Source: Candidatus Nomurabacteria bacterium
GTDB lineage: Bacteria > Patescibacteriota > Minisyncoccia > Phycocordibacterales > SBAW01
Direction of reading: 5' to 3'
Assembly (NCBI GenBank): GCA_943348815.1
Contig: CALQYT010000005.1
Location: forward strand, 5,167 to 69,166
DNA length: 64,000 nucleotides
The notes beneath the pieces were generated by a model. That model did not search any database. It saw only the letters and a program-made list of their open reading frames with translations, and was not told the DNA's origin. Below are positions 36,150 to 45,179 of this stretch, piece by piece. Made by a program: the position numbers and the translations under genes. Within the stretch, counting starts at the first letter, position 1, and each line of letters begins with the position of its first letter.

Positions 36150-37607
36150 ATGGCTACTACTAACGGCAAGGGATTAAAAGATTTTTTGGAGATCCCGTAC
36201 GATGAATTAGAGACTCGCAATCTTAAAGCAAAAGAGCGGCAGGAAAAACTTTCTCCCCAAGCGCTGCAAAAAGAGTACGTCGCGTATTTACAAAAAGAAA
36301 AACGGATCAAAGCGGTGACGCTGTGCTTTACCGACATCGAGGGGCGCCTGCACATGCTCGACTACGACAAAAAGTTTTTGCTCGACTCGTTGCAAAATTT
36401 AACCTTCGACGGCTCCTCCATCCGCGGATTTACGCCGCAGCATGAAAGTGACCTGCGGCTCGAGGTCGACTGGGGTTCGGCGCGCTTTATGCCCGCCGAT
36501 ATTTTTGGCCCCGGCAAAGTTATCTTTTTTGCCTCGGTACTTAACCGCGACCGCACCCCCTATCACAGCGACTTCCGCGGGATGCTTAAAGCGCACACGC
36601 TTGCGTTGGCTAAAAAAGAAGGCCTCGATGCCTACGCCGCGCCCGAAATAGAGGGCTTTTTGGTAGACGGGGTCAACAGCGAACAACAATTTGAGGTCAC
36701 TAAAGGCTTTACGCTTATTTCCTCCGGCGGCTACTATCACTCGCTCCCGCAAGACAAACTCCGTATCTTTATCGACACCTGCGCCGAGGCTCAGCGCGCA
36801 ATGGGGTTTAAAAACGAAAAGGACCACCCCGAAGTGGCGCCCTCGCAGTTTGAGATGAACTTCTCTTACGCACCGGTGGTGCGTGCCGCCGACAACGTAC
36901 AACTCTACAAACTCATTTGTAGGCAAGTTGCGCGCAATATGGGGCTCACGGCAACCTTCTTGCCCAAGCCCTTTACCGGGATCAACGGCTCGGGGATGCA
37001 CACCAACTTTTCGCTCTCTAAAAAAGGCCCGGCCGGGCAGGCCAAAAATATCTTCCACGACCCCAAAGGCCAAGATGGCCTCTCCAAAATCGCGTGGGAC
37101 ATGATCTCACGGCTCTTAAACCATGCACCCGAAATTTGCCTCGTGCTCAACTCATCGGTCAATAGCTACCGCCGGCTCGACCCGCATTTTGAGGCACCCA
37201 ACCAGATTAAAGTCTCCCCTATCGACCGCGGTTCGATGATCCGCATCCCCGTCGGCAACGAGCGCACGGCGCGCATCGAGTTGCGCTCGGTCGCACCCGA
37301 CGCCAACCCCTACCTCGTGCTCTACACCATGTTGCGTGTCGGGCTTGAAGGGCAAAAATTAAAGAAAGACGAAAGCAAACGCGAGCGTCTGCGGTTTTTG
37401 CCCGACAACATCCAAGACGCGATAGCGCTGATGAAGAGCAGTAAGTTTATGGATGCGGTGTTGGGCGAGGAAAGCAAGCAGAAGTTTATTCAGTATAAGC
37501 AAGCCGCGGCGGATCGATCGCCGCGCGCACTCGGCGCGACTATCAAACGCACCGAGATTATTTATCATCACGAAGTAACGAACCAACTTCTATGGAACAG
37601 CTTTTAG
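36150..37607 (+). CDS. glnA: Glutamine synthetase type I
   Basis: FDGSSIRGF, HPEVAPSQFE, PKPFTGINGSGMH, NSYRRL, IELRSVAPDANPYL. Confidence 0.95.
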   Translation: MATTNGKGLKDFLEIPYDELETRNLKAKERQEKLSPQALQKEYVAYLQKEKRIKAVTLCFTDIEGRLHMLDYDKKFLLDSLQNLTFDGSSIRGFTPQHESDLRLEVDWGSARFMPADIFGPGKVIFFASVLNRDRTPYHSDFRGMLKAHTLALAKKEGLDAYAAPEIEGFLVDGVNSEQQFEVTKGFTLISSGGYYHSLPQDKLRIFIDTCAEAQRAMGFKNEKDHPEVAPSQFEMNFSYAPVVRAADNVQLYKLICRQVARNMGLTATFLPKPFTGINGSGMHTNFSLSKKGPAGQAKNIFHDPKGQDGLSKIAWDMISRLLNHAPEICLVLNSSVNSYRRLDPHFEAPNQIKVSPIDRGSMIRIPVGNERTARIELRSVAPDANPYLVLYTMLRVGLEGQKLKKDESKRERLRFLPDNIQDAIALMKSSKFMDAVLGEESKQKFIQYKQAAADRSPRALGATIKRTEIIYHHEVTNQLLWNSF

Positions 37608-38953
37608 GCGCGGCGCAACGCCGCATGTTTTTGCTCCACTCGCTCTTTTGGATAGCGCTCGGGTGCGCGGTCGGTTGGCTGGCAACCTACTTTGCCGGCG
37701 CCTCGGCGGGCGATGCGGGGAGCGCCATCTCCAGCGGCGACACCGCGTGGATGCTTGCCTCCTCGGCATTAGTCATGATTATGACCCCGGCGGTGGGCTT
37801 CTTTTACGGCGGCATGGTGTCGTCTAAAAATGTCGTCTCGGTCATTAAACAATCGCTGATTATTCTTGCGCTCATTTCGGTGCAGTGGGTGGTGTTTGGC
37901 TACTCGCTCGCGTTTGGCCCGGACACGGGGCTCGGTATTATTGGCAATCTCAGCTTCTTTGGGCTCCATGGCGTCGGCTTTGCACCCGACCCCAACTACG
38001 CCGCAACGATCCCCGCGCTCGTGTTTATGATCTTCCAGGCAATGTTTGCGATCATCACGCCAGCACTCATCATTGGCGCCTTTGTTGAGCGCATTAAATT
38101 TAAAACCCTCGTACTCTTCACCTTATTGTGGGCAACGCTGGTGTATGACCCGGTCGCGCACTGGGTGTGGTCACCGATGGGATGGCTCCACTCGCTCGGC
38201 GCCTTGGATTTTGCGGGCGGCACCGTGGTGCACATGACGGCCGGATTCTCGGCGCTCGCGGCCGCGATGTTGGTAGGCAAACGCTTGCAAGGCAGCAGCC
38301 CCGCGCAGAGCGCGGGCAACGTCCCGTTTGTTATTTTGGGCGCCGCCCTCTTGTGGTTTGGCTGGTTTGGCTTTAATGCCGGCTCGGCCCTGGCGGCCGG
38401 TGCGCTCGCCGCAAGTGCCTTTGTGGTTACTAACACGGCGGCTGCAGCAGCCGCGCTTACGTGGGTCGCCCTTTCGTGGGCAGAAAATCGCAAACCCTCC
38501 GCCATGGCCGCCGCGATAGGTGCGGTGTGCGGACTTGTGGCCATAACGCCCGCCTCAGGCTATGTTGGCCCGGTCGCGGCAATTGCTATCGGTATTCTGG
38601 GCGGCGCCGTCACCTACTTGGCGGTCTACTTCCGCAGCCGGCGAATACGCATCGACGACTCGCTCGACGTTTGGGCGGGCCACGGCATTGGCGGACTTAC
38701 GGGCGCCATACTCACCGGTGTCTTTGCCGAAAAAGCAATCAACGCCGCGGGCAACAACGGACTCTTGTTTGGCGATCCGCACCAACTCTGGGTGCAGATT
38801 ATTGCCGTCGCCGCGGTTGGCGTCTACTCATTTGTCGCCACGTGGATCATACTCAAAGTAATTGCAATCTACGTCCCCTTGCGTGTTGAGTCGCACGAAG
38901 AAGAAGCGGGCCTCGACCTCGCCGTCCACGGCGAACCTGCCTATCGTAACTAA
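37592..38953 (+). CDS. amtB: Ammonium transporter
   Basis: GDTAWML, FQAMFAIIT, DFAGGTVVH, LWFGWFGFNAGS, GLDLAVHGE. Confidence 0.96.
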   Translation: MEQLLGAAQRRMFLLHSLFWIALGCAVGWLATYFAGASAGDAGSAISSGDTAWMLASSALVMIMTPAVGFFYGGMVSSKNVVSVIKQSLIILALISVQWVVFGYSLAFGPDTGLGIIGNLSFFGLHGVGFAPDPNYAATIPALVFMIFQAMFAIITPALIIGAFVERIKFKTLVLFTLLWATLVYDPVAHWVWSPMGWLHSLGALDFAGGTVVHMTAGFSALAAAMLVGKRLQGSSPAQSAGNVPFVILGAALLWFGWFGFNAGSALAAGALAASAFVVTNTAAAAAALTWVALSWAENRKPSAMAAAIGAVCGLVAITPASGYVGPVAAIAIGILGGAVTYLAVYFRSRRIRIDDSLDVWAGHGIGGLTGAILTGVFAEKAINAAGNNGLLFGDPHQLWVQIIAVAAVGVYSFVATWIILKVIAIYVPLRVESHEEEAGLDLAVHGEPAYRN

Positions 38954-38980
38954 GACCACTTTCTGTTTTCACCTTTCCCG

Positions 38981-39001
38981 CATCAAGGTCGAACCTTGAT
39001 G
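38981..39001. repeat. REP palindrome (inverted orientation)
   Basis: catcaaggtcgaaccttgatg. Confidence 0.85.
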
Positions 39002-39037
39002 GAATTGACAAAACCTACAATACACTGTAATTTCGCG

Positions 39038-39258
39038 CGAGATAGTAGTCTCTTGGTTCGCCGCAGTATAGAGTTGCCCGAACACTGTGCGCATCTGTGC
39101 TGTGGCGAACCAGACGGTCCGCCCAAGATGATAGGCCGACGCACCGATTGCGAAGTCCAGCCGCACGAAATTCTGCTGTTCCGCATCCCATCGCACTGGA
39201 TCGAGGAGCTATAAGCGATTGAAATAGCCAAAGTCGCCCCATCACGGAGCGGCTTTTT
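39038..39258 (+). ncRNA. Candidate small structured RNA
   Basis: TTGACA-17-TAATTT at 39005-39033; 19-bp stem 39054-39072/39094-39112 with three G-U pairs; terminator at 39230-39258; no SD-led ORF. Confidence 0.45.
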
Positions 39259-39266
39259 GATTTGAA

Positions 39267-39815
39267 TTACTGCTCCGGTACAAACAATCTATCTTGTTCT
39301 TCGGGGGCTATTTTTTCCTCAAAGGTCACATCGCTAGCGTTTTCTTTTTGCATTTCTTGCTTACGAAACTCAAAATAAGTGCGTGTAGCTTCTTCGTCTA
39401 CCACGGAGGCCTCATATCTTTTCCAAAATTCTGATTCTTCCAACATACCTCCTTTCTTATCCTGAATCCGGTAGTCTGTCCCATCATAACGACCAGAATT
39501 TTGTTCTTGTCTCCATCGCTCAAGAGTTCGAGATTTCCCTTGCCCCGGCACTCCTAAGCGCCGGCGCACATCAGCAATCATCCGTGTATATCCTTGGTGT
39601 GGCCCTCGCCGTACCCAGGCCAACTTTGCGCTTGCAAAAAATAAATCTTCGCCATTCCGAGTAACCACCTCCGCATATTTCCAAACCGCATAACCATCAT
39701 TAACCGTGATCTGAAAACCTTGTTTTGTATCTTTCATGAACTTCTCGCGGGGAAACCGGTTTGCGGGAGAGGTTTCCTGCGCGATAGGAGCCGGTCTTTG
39801 TTCTCCAGTAGACAT
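39267..39815 (-). CDS. Hypothetical protein
   Basis: 182-aa ORF, TATAGT-6 nt-ATG. Confidence 0.65.
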   Translation of the reverse strand: MSTGEQRPAPIAQETSPANRFPREKFMKDTKQGFQITVNDGYAVWKYAEVVTRNGEDLFFASAKLAWVRRGPHQGYTRMIADVRRRLGVPGQGKSRTLERWRQEQNSGRYDGTDYRIQDKKGGMLEESEFWKRYEASVVDEEATRTYFEFRKQEMQKENASDVTFEEKIAPEEQDRLFVPEQ

Positions 39816-39855
39816 AGCAAAACTATAACATCAAGATTATGGTACAACGATAGGC

Positions 39856-40677
39856 ATGGCAACGCTCACTATTGGCACGCGCGGGAGCAAGCTTGCGCTG
39901 GTGCAAACCGATCTTACGGCACAAGCGCTTAAACGTGCCGACCCGACGCTCGAAATTAAAATCCGGGTTATAGAAACACACGGCGACCAAAACCAAAACC
40001 CCATCCCGCTCGACACGATTGGCAAGGGATGGTTTACCAAAGAAATTGAAGAGGGGCTGCTAAAAAAAGAAATAGATCTTGCGGTGCATAGCCTTAAAGA
40101 TTTAGCCGAGGAGATGCCCGCAGAACTTACGATCGCCGCTTATTTGCCGCGCGAGGACGCGCGGGACGTGCTGATTACCAAACAGGGCGAGTCGTTAGAA
40201 GAACTAAAACAAGGTGCGATCATTGGCACCGACAGCACGCGCCGATCGGTGCAAATTAAAGCACTCCGCCCCGACTTGGTAGTGCAAAGCCTGCGCGGCA
40301 ATGTACCGACCCGCGTACAAAAATTGCAAACCGAACAGTATGACGCCATTATTTTGGCGGCTGCCGGACTCAAACGTTTGGGGATGGCAGACAAAATCAC
40401 CCGCTACTTTGAGCCATACGAAATGACGCCGGCACCGGGCCAAGGAATACTCGCCGTGCAAACCCGCGCCGACACATCGTCAGGCGATCTGATTAGGCGT
40501 ATCAACGATAAAAAGGCGGCCACTGCGGCAGAGCTAGAGCGCACCTTTTCGGCCAAACACGGTGGCGGCTGCAAATCGCCAACGGGCGCCTACGCGTGGT
40601 GCGAGGGTTCAAAATGGTACTTGCTTGGCATGACCGAGCAGAATGGTAAGATCATGCGCGAAACTCATGAGATTTGA
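39856..40677 (+). CDS. hemC: Hydroxymethylbilane synthase (C-terminally short)
   Basis: IGTRGSKLAL, AVHSLKD, LRGNVPTR, PAPGQG, GGC. Confidence 0.95.
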   Translation: MATLTIGTRGSKLALVQTDLTAQALKRADPTLEIKIRVIETHGDQNQNPIPLDTIGKGWFTKEIEEGLLKKEIDLAVHSLKDLAEEMPAELTIAAYLPREDARDVLITKQGESLEELKQGAIIGTDSTRRSVQIKALRPDLVVQSLRGNVPTRVQKLQTEQYDAIILAAAGLKRLGMADKITRYFEPYEMTPAPGQGILAVQTRADTSSGDLIRRINDKKAATAAELERTFSAKHGGGCKSPTGAYAWCEGSKWYLLGMTEQNGKIMRETHEI

Positions 40678-41197
40678 GGTGCGCATAACTACTTCCCCGC
40701 TTTCTGTGCGCCTACCAAAACTCGAGCGCTACGATTTGATTGTCTTCACCAGCAAAAACGCTCAAAAGTTTTTTACTTTGGCGCTACATAAATATAAAAC
40801 AAAAATACCCAAGCATGCCCGCGTAGTACGCGTTGGTCCAAGAGCAGAACTTCTCAAACTCGAATTAAAAAATAAAAAGATTTTATTCCCCCGCTCCGAC
40901 CTCGCGCCGTTTGCTATCATCCGCCAACTCCGCGCACGCGGTGCTCAAGTGCGCGTACTGCCGCTCTACACTACCGACGCCGTTTTACTTACCAAAAAAC
41001 AAAAAGAATCTTTACTTGAGGGCGCTTACCGCGAGCTCTATTTTAAAAGCCCCTCAGGAGTCACCGGTTTTTTGCAGCAGTTTAACCGCATACAACAAAA
41101 ACAACTGCTCAGTATCCCCGCACTCTGTATCGGAACTACCACCGCAAGCGCCGCCAAAGCTGCGGGGTTTAAAAAAGTCTCAATACGGTACTATTAG
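40667..41197 (+). CDS. hemD: Uroporphyrinogen-III synthase (short)
   Basis: YDLIVFTSKNA, KILFPRS, FKSPSGV, CIGTTTA. Confidence 0.8.
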   Translation: MRFEVRITTSPLSVRLPKLERYDLIVFTSKNAQKFFTLALHKYKTKIPKHARVVRVGPRAELLKLELKNKKILFPRSDLAPFAIIRQLRARGAQVRVLPLYTTDAVLLTKKQKESLLEGAYRELYFKSPSGVTGFLQQFNRIQQKQLLSIPALCIGTTTASAAKAAGFKKVSIRYY

Positions 41198-41200
41198 GCT

Positions 41201-41836
41201 ATGCCCTACCACAGCTACATCTTTTTTGACGGCATCCCCGGCGCACCCAAAAAAGCGAAAGAAGCTTTTGCCAAACGCATCGCTAAAGAAAAGCGCGTGC
41301 GTACACGCGCCTACGCAACACTTGGGTTTAAACGGGGCACGCACTTTATGCTCCACTGCAACACCAAAGCGCCCGATATTATTCAAGAATTTATCCGCGA
41401 CCTCTTGCACACCGAGCTAGGAAAGTATTTGCGCATCAGCTACACCCTGCTGGGCATGACGCGCTCATCGCAATACAACCCCAAAAAACCACCGGCACAA
41501 AGCGCGCCCGAAGCACCGCATCGCTATCTAGTGGTCTACCCCTTTACTAAAACGGTCGAGTGGCACCTACTGCCCTACGATGAGCGGCGCGCGATGATGA
41601 AGGCGCATGTCGAGGTTGGGCGCGCCTACGCCAGCAGTATTTCGCAACTTCTACTCTACTCGTTTGGGATCGACGACCACGAGTTTATTGTTTCGTACCA
41701 AATGGACGACCTTGATGAGTTTCAACAACTCGTGATGGAGCTGCGCGGTACCGAAGGCCGTCGCTATACCAAAAACGACACGCCAATATTTACCTGCACC
41801 CATATGCCGGTTGCCGAGGCGCTTGAGATGCTATGA
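41201..41836 (+). CDS. chdC: Coproheme decarboxylase / chlorite dismutase family protein
   Basis: YPFTKTVEWHLL..MM.AH..G..YSFGIDDHEF; located in the hem operon. Confidence 0.8.
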   Translation: MPYHSYIFFDGIPGAPKKAKEAFAKRIAKEKRVRTRAYATLGFKRGTHFMLHCNTKAPDIIQEFIRDLLHTELGKYLRISYTLLGMTRSSQYNPKKPPAQSAPEAPHRYLVVYPFTKTVEWHLLPYDERRAMMKAHVEVGRAYASSISQLLLYSFGIDDHEFIVSYQMDDLDEFQQLVMELRGTEGRRYTKNDTPIFTCTHMPVAEALEML

Positions 41837-42819
41837 GTAATTTGTTTTTGCGCGCCTGCCGCGGCGAGCGCGTTGAGCGGGTGCCGGTGTGGTTTATGCG
41901 CCAGGCGGGACGCTCACTGCCCCGCTATCGCGAGCTACGCAAAACCTACGGCGTACTTGAGCTAACCCAAACTCCCGCATTGGCGGCGGAGGTGAGTATC
42001 GAGCCCATAGAGCGCCTTGGGGTTGATGCGGCAATACTCTTTGCCGACATTATGCTCTTGCCCATGGCGATGGGCGTCGACGTACAAATAGTAGAGGGTG
42101 TGGGCCCCGTGATAGCCAAACCGGGGCCGGAGTTGCAGCCATTTGACCCGAGCCGTGTGGCGTTTTTGGCAGAGACCATAAAAATTTTGCGCTCCAAACT
42201 TGCGGTGCCAGTAATTGGGTTTAGCGGCGCGCCGTTTACGCTCGCCAGTTATTTAATCGAGGGTAAGCCGAGCCGCACCTGGCTCACCACAAAGAAGTTT
42301 ATGCTCGAGCGCCCGGCCGAGTGGGACCTCCTGATGCAAAAGCTTTCGGACGGGGTCATTGAGTACCTAAAATTACAAATTGCCGCGGGCGCGCAAGCGG
42401 TGCAGTTGTTTGATAGTTGGGTGGGATGTCTCTCGCCCGTACAGTATCGCGCGCAAGTGCTACCGCATGTGCAGAAAATTTTTAAAGCGCTCGGCCCCAC
42501 GGTTCCGCGCTTACACTTTGGCACACACACGGCCGGCATGCTCGAAGATTTTGCCAATGTCGAGTGCGAGGTTATTGGGGTTGACTGGCGCATAAGCCTT
42601 GCCGAGGCACGCAAGCGCATTGGCAATAAAACTTTGCAAGGCAACCTCGACCCAACACTGCTGCTTGGCCCGTGGGAGGCACTAACCCAAACGGTCGATC
42701 ATATGCTGGCCGAAATAGACTCAAAACAAAAGTACATTTTTAATCTTGGCCACGGCATGCTGCCCGAAGCCAATGATGCGGTGGTTAAAAAACTGGTTGA
42801 CTATGTCCACACCAAATAA
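41833..42819 (+). CDS. hemE: Uroporphyrinogen decarboxylase
   Basis: PVWFMRQAGR, GAPFTLASY, QGNLDP, FNLGHG. Confidence 0.96.
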   Translation: MSNLFLRACRGERVERVPVWFMRQAGRSLPRYRELRKTYGVLELTQTPALAAEVSIEPIERLGVDAAILFADIMLLPMAMGVDVQIVEGVGPVIAKPGPELQPFDPSRVAFLAETIKILRSKLAVPVIGFSGAPFTLASYLIEGKPSRTWLTTKKFMLERPAEWDLLMQKLSDGVIEYLKLQIAAGAQAVQLFDSWVGCLSPVQYRAQVLPHVQKIFKALGPTVPRLHFGTHTAGMLEDFANVECEVIGVDWRISLAEARKRIGNKTLQGNLDPTLLLGPWEALTQTVDHMLAEIDSKQKYIFNLGHGMLPEANDAVVKKLVDYVHTK

Positions 42820-43684
42820 AACGGAGGGAAAAGTAGGGGTGGTACTGATGACCTACGGCTCGGCCACCACGGCCGAACATGTAGCCGAGTACTTTGCCCA
42901 TATATATAAGAGTCCGTCGCTCGAGCTTATTGCTGACTTTGAAAACCGCTACCGGTTGGTAGGCCGCTCGCCCTTGGTTGAAATTACCCAAAAGCAAGCC
43001 GCACTCCTACAAGAAAAACTAGGGACAAATTTTGTGGTGCGCGCTGGCATGCGACACTCAGCACCCTTTATTGCCGATGCGGTAGCTGAGTGTCGCGCCG
43101 AGGGTGCCACCGTGCTGCGCGGCATCATACTCTCGCCGCAATACTCGCCCGTTATTATGCGCGGATACGAAACCGAGTTTGCCACGGCGGCGCAACAAGG
43201 GGGATTTACGGATTTTAAAATCGCGCCACCGTGGCCTACCCAGCCGCGGTTTGTCGAGTTGCTCGCGCAGCGTATTGAGCGCGCACTGACTCAACCTATG
43301 CCGGTGATATTTACCACCCACAGTTTGCCCAAAAAAGTAATTGACCAAGACCCAAGCTACCTCAGCCAACTGCAAGCAACCATCGACGCGGTGCGCGCAC
43401 TACTCCCGGCCGACCTCAAATGGTGTGCAGCGTACCAAAGCGCCGGCCACACGCCCGAAGAGTGGCTCAAGCCCGACCTGGTTGATGTTTTGCGAGAACT
43501 GCGCGGCAAAAAATCATCGGTTTTGATCGTCCCCATCCAATTCCTCTCCGACCATTTAGAAGTCCTCTACGACCTCGACATCGCCGCCCGCGCCCAGTGC
43601 GAGGAGTTTGGGATTGCGTATAATCGTATTGAGTTACCCAACACTCACCCTCTTTTTATTTCCGCATTATCCTCTTTAATTTGA
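42803..43684 (+). CDS. hemH: Ferrochelatase (probably coproporphyrin type)
   Basis: LMTYGS, FTTHSLP, YQSAG..WLKPD, FLSDHLEVLYDLD. Confidence 0.92.
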   Translation: MSTPNKTEGKVGVVLMTYGSATTAEHVAEYFAHIYKSPSLELIADFENRYRLVGRSPLVEITQKQAALLQEKLGTNFVVRAGMRHSAPFIADAVAECRAEGATVLRGIILSPQYSPVIMRGYETEFATAAQQGGFTDFKIAPPWPTQPRFVELLAQRIERALTQPMPVIFTTHSLPKKVIDQDPSYLSQLQATIDAVRALLPADLKWCAAYQSAGHTPEEWLKPDLVDVLRELRGKKSSVLIVPIQFLSDHLEVLYDLDIAARAQCEEFGIAYNRIELPNTHPLFISALSSLI

Positions 43685-43821
43685 CATTTGGTTATCCCCG
43701 TGCGGTAGTTGATAATAGTTTTAGGGATGATATACTCATCAACGGATGGGCGCGTTCCATCTCTCAGCCTGCAGCTGGGCCTATGAGTCGACTTTAACGT
43801 TAACTCTCGGGAGAAATTGAA

Positions 43822-44505
43822 ATGAAACGTGCAATGATGGCAGCCCTCGGGCTGCTTGCGATGGCACCCGTGGCGCAAGCCGCGGATTTGCCAAGTCCTC
43901 CGTGGAAAGCGCCGGCGTTCTCGGCAGTCCCCGGAAACTTCAGTGGCCTCACCGTCGGCATCATCGGTGCTGGCGCGTGGGCGAGCGGCCCGACCAGTGG
44001 CGCGTTCGGTGGCATCCAGGTTGGCTACAATTGGCAAAACGGCCCCTGGGTGGTCGGCGTGAATACCGACATCCTGCTGGGCAGCCAGAAGCACTCGACC
44101 GGCGTCAACATGGCCGGCGTGAGCTTTGACTTCACGGACCGGGCGAACTATCTCGGTTCGGTTACCGCCAAACTGGGCGTCACTCCGGCGTCGCAATGGC
44201 TGTTCTACGGCGAAATCGGCGGGGCCTATAGCACCGTCTATCACAAGATTGGCCTCAGCCCGATCGCCGGCACTGTCTCGGCCAAGTCCAACAAGGTCGG
44301 ACTGACCGCAGGCGGGGGCGTCGTCTATGCTCTGACGCCGAATCTGCAACTCGAAGCCAAGTACAATGCGATCTGGTTCTCGGGTGATAGCCCCACCTAC
44401 GTCTACGGTCCGGTATCCTTCGTCGTCAGTTATCCGAAGGTCACCGAGCACGTGGCGAAGGTCGGCATCAACTACCGTTTCGACAACACCGCCTGGCGCT
44501 TCTAG
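43822..44505 (+). CDS. Omp25/Omp31/RopB-like outer-membrane beta-barrel protein
   Basis: Signal peptide AQA/ADLP, GGIQVGYNWQNGPWVVGV, WLFYGEIGGAY, GLTAGGGV, KVGINYRF, terminal Phe; GGGAG SD; TTGACA at 43681. Confidence 0.88.
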   Translation: MKRAMMAALGLLAMAPVAQAADLPSPPWKAPAFSAVPGNFSGLTVGIIGAGAWASGPTSGAFGGIQVGYNWQNGPWVVGVNTDILLGSQKHSTGVNMAGVSFDFTDRANYLGSVTAKLGVTPASQWLFYGEIGGAYSTVYHKIGLSPIAGTVSAKSNKVGLTAGGGVVYALTPNLQLEAKYNAIWFSGDSPTYVYGPVSFVVSYPKVTEHVAKVGINYRFDNTAWRF

Positions 44506-44538
44506 ATCTAGATCTCGCCGCCAGCGATCCTCAAATGC

Positions 44539-44567
44539 AAAGGCCGCCCTTCGGGAGCGGCCTTTTT
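44539..44567. terminator. Intrinsic terminator, probably bidirectional
   Basis: aaaggccgccc-ttcg-ggagcggccttttt. Confidence 0.8.
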
Positions 44568-44591
44568 GTTTCCAAAAAACGAAAACTTGAA

Positions 44592-44849
44592 TTATTTCAT
44601 GTGGCCCGAGACGAGCTTCGTCATCTCGAACATAGTAACCTCTCCTTTGCCACCAAACAGCTTCTTAAGCTTGTCGTCCGCAAGGATGTTGCGCTTATTC
44701 TTAGGATTCTGAAGATTATGCTTCTTGATGTACTCCCAGATCTTTTTAACAACCGTGCCGCGCGACATAGGACCTTTGCCTACGACGGCTTCCAAATCGG
44801 CGGAGAGATTAAGGGGCTTGAGTAATGCGGGGTTAGCTTTGCGTACCAT
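44592..44849 (-). CDS. Stand-alone SWIB/MDM2 domain protein
   Basis: VVKKIWEYIKKHNLQNPKNKRNILADDKL. Confidence 0.93.
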   Translation of the reverse strand: MVRKANPALLKPLNLSADLEAVVGKGPMSRGTVVKKIWEYIKKHNLQNPKNKRNILADDKLKKLFGGKGEVTMFEMTKLVSGHMK

Positions 44850-44934
44850 ATATATCTAAAAGATTAATAAAATGTCTACCGCCCCAGTATACACTATTCA
44901 TAGAAGTGTCATATAGAGAGTCCATACTAGAGCT

Positions 44935-45108
44935 ATGCACGTAACCTTTACCTGCAAATATTGTGGACACGAAGAGCACGGCGAGGCCTCCCGGCTCCTC
45001 ATGACCAAGATTAGGATGTGGAACCATCTCAACGATGCCCATCCGGGCCTGGTTGAGCCATTTTCTAGCTCGGTTGAGGAGGCGATGCAGCCCACCGAGG
45101 CGGCATAA
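44935..45108 (+). CDS. Small C2H2-type zinc-binding protein (57 aa; absent from the ORF track)
   Basis: FTCKYCGH..MWNHLNDAHP; CATACT-6 nt-ATG. Confidence 0.6.
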   Translation: MHVTFTCKYCGHEEHGEASRLLMTKIRMWNHLNDAHPGLVEPFSSSVEEAMQPTEAA

Positions 45109-45179
45109 GAACACACGCTGGGGGGCTGTAAAGTTGCAGACCTCCGCCGTACGTATATTGTGGATTCTTGAGGACAATT

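Noticed and set aside
43645-44451. 268-aa minus-strand ORF
   Set aside because: Antisense shadow of the Omp gene
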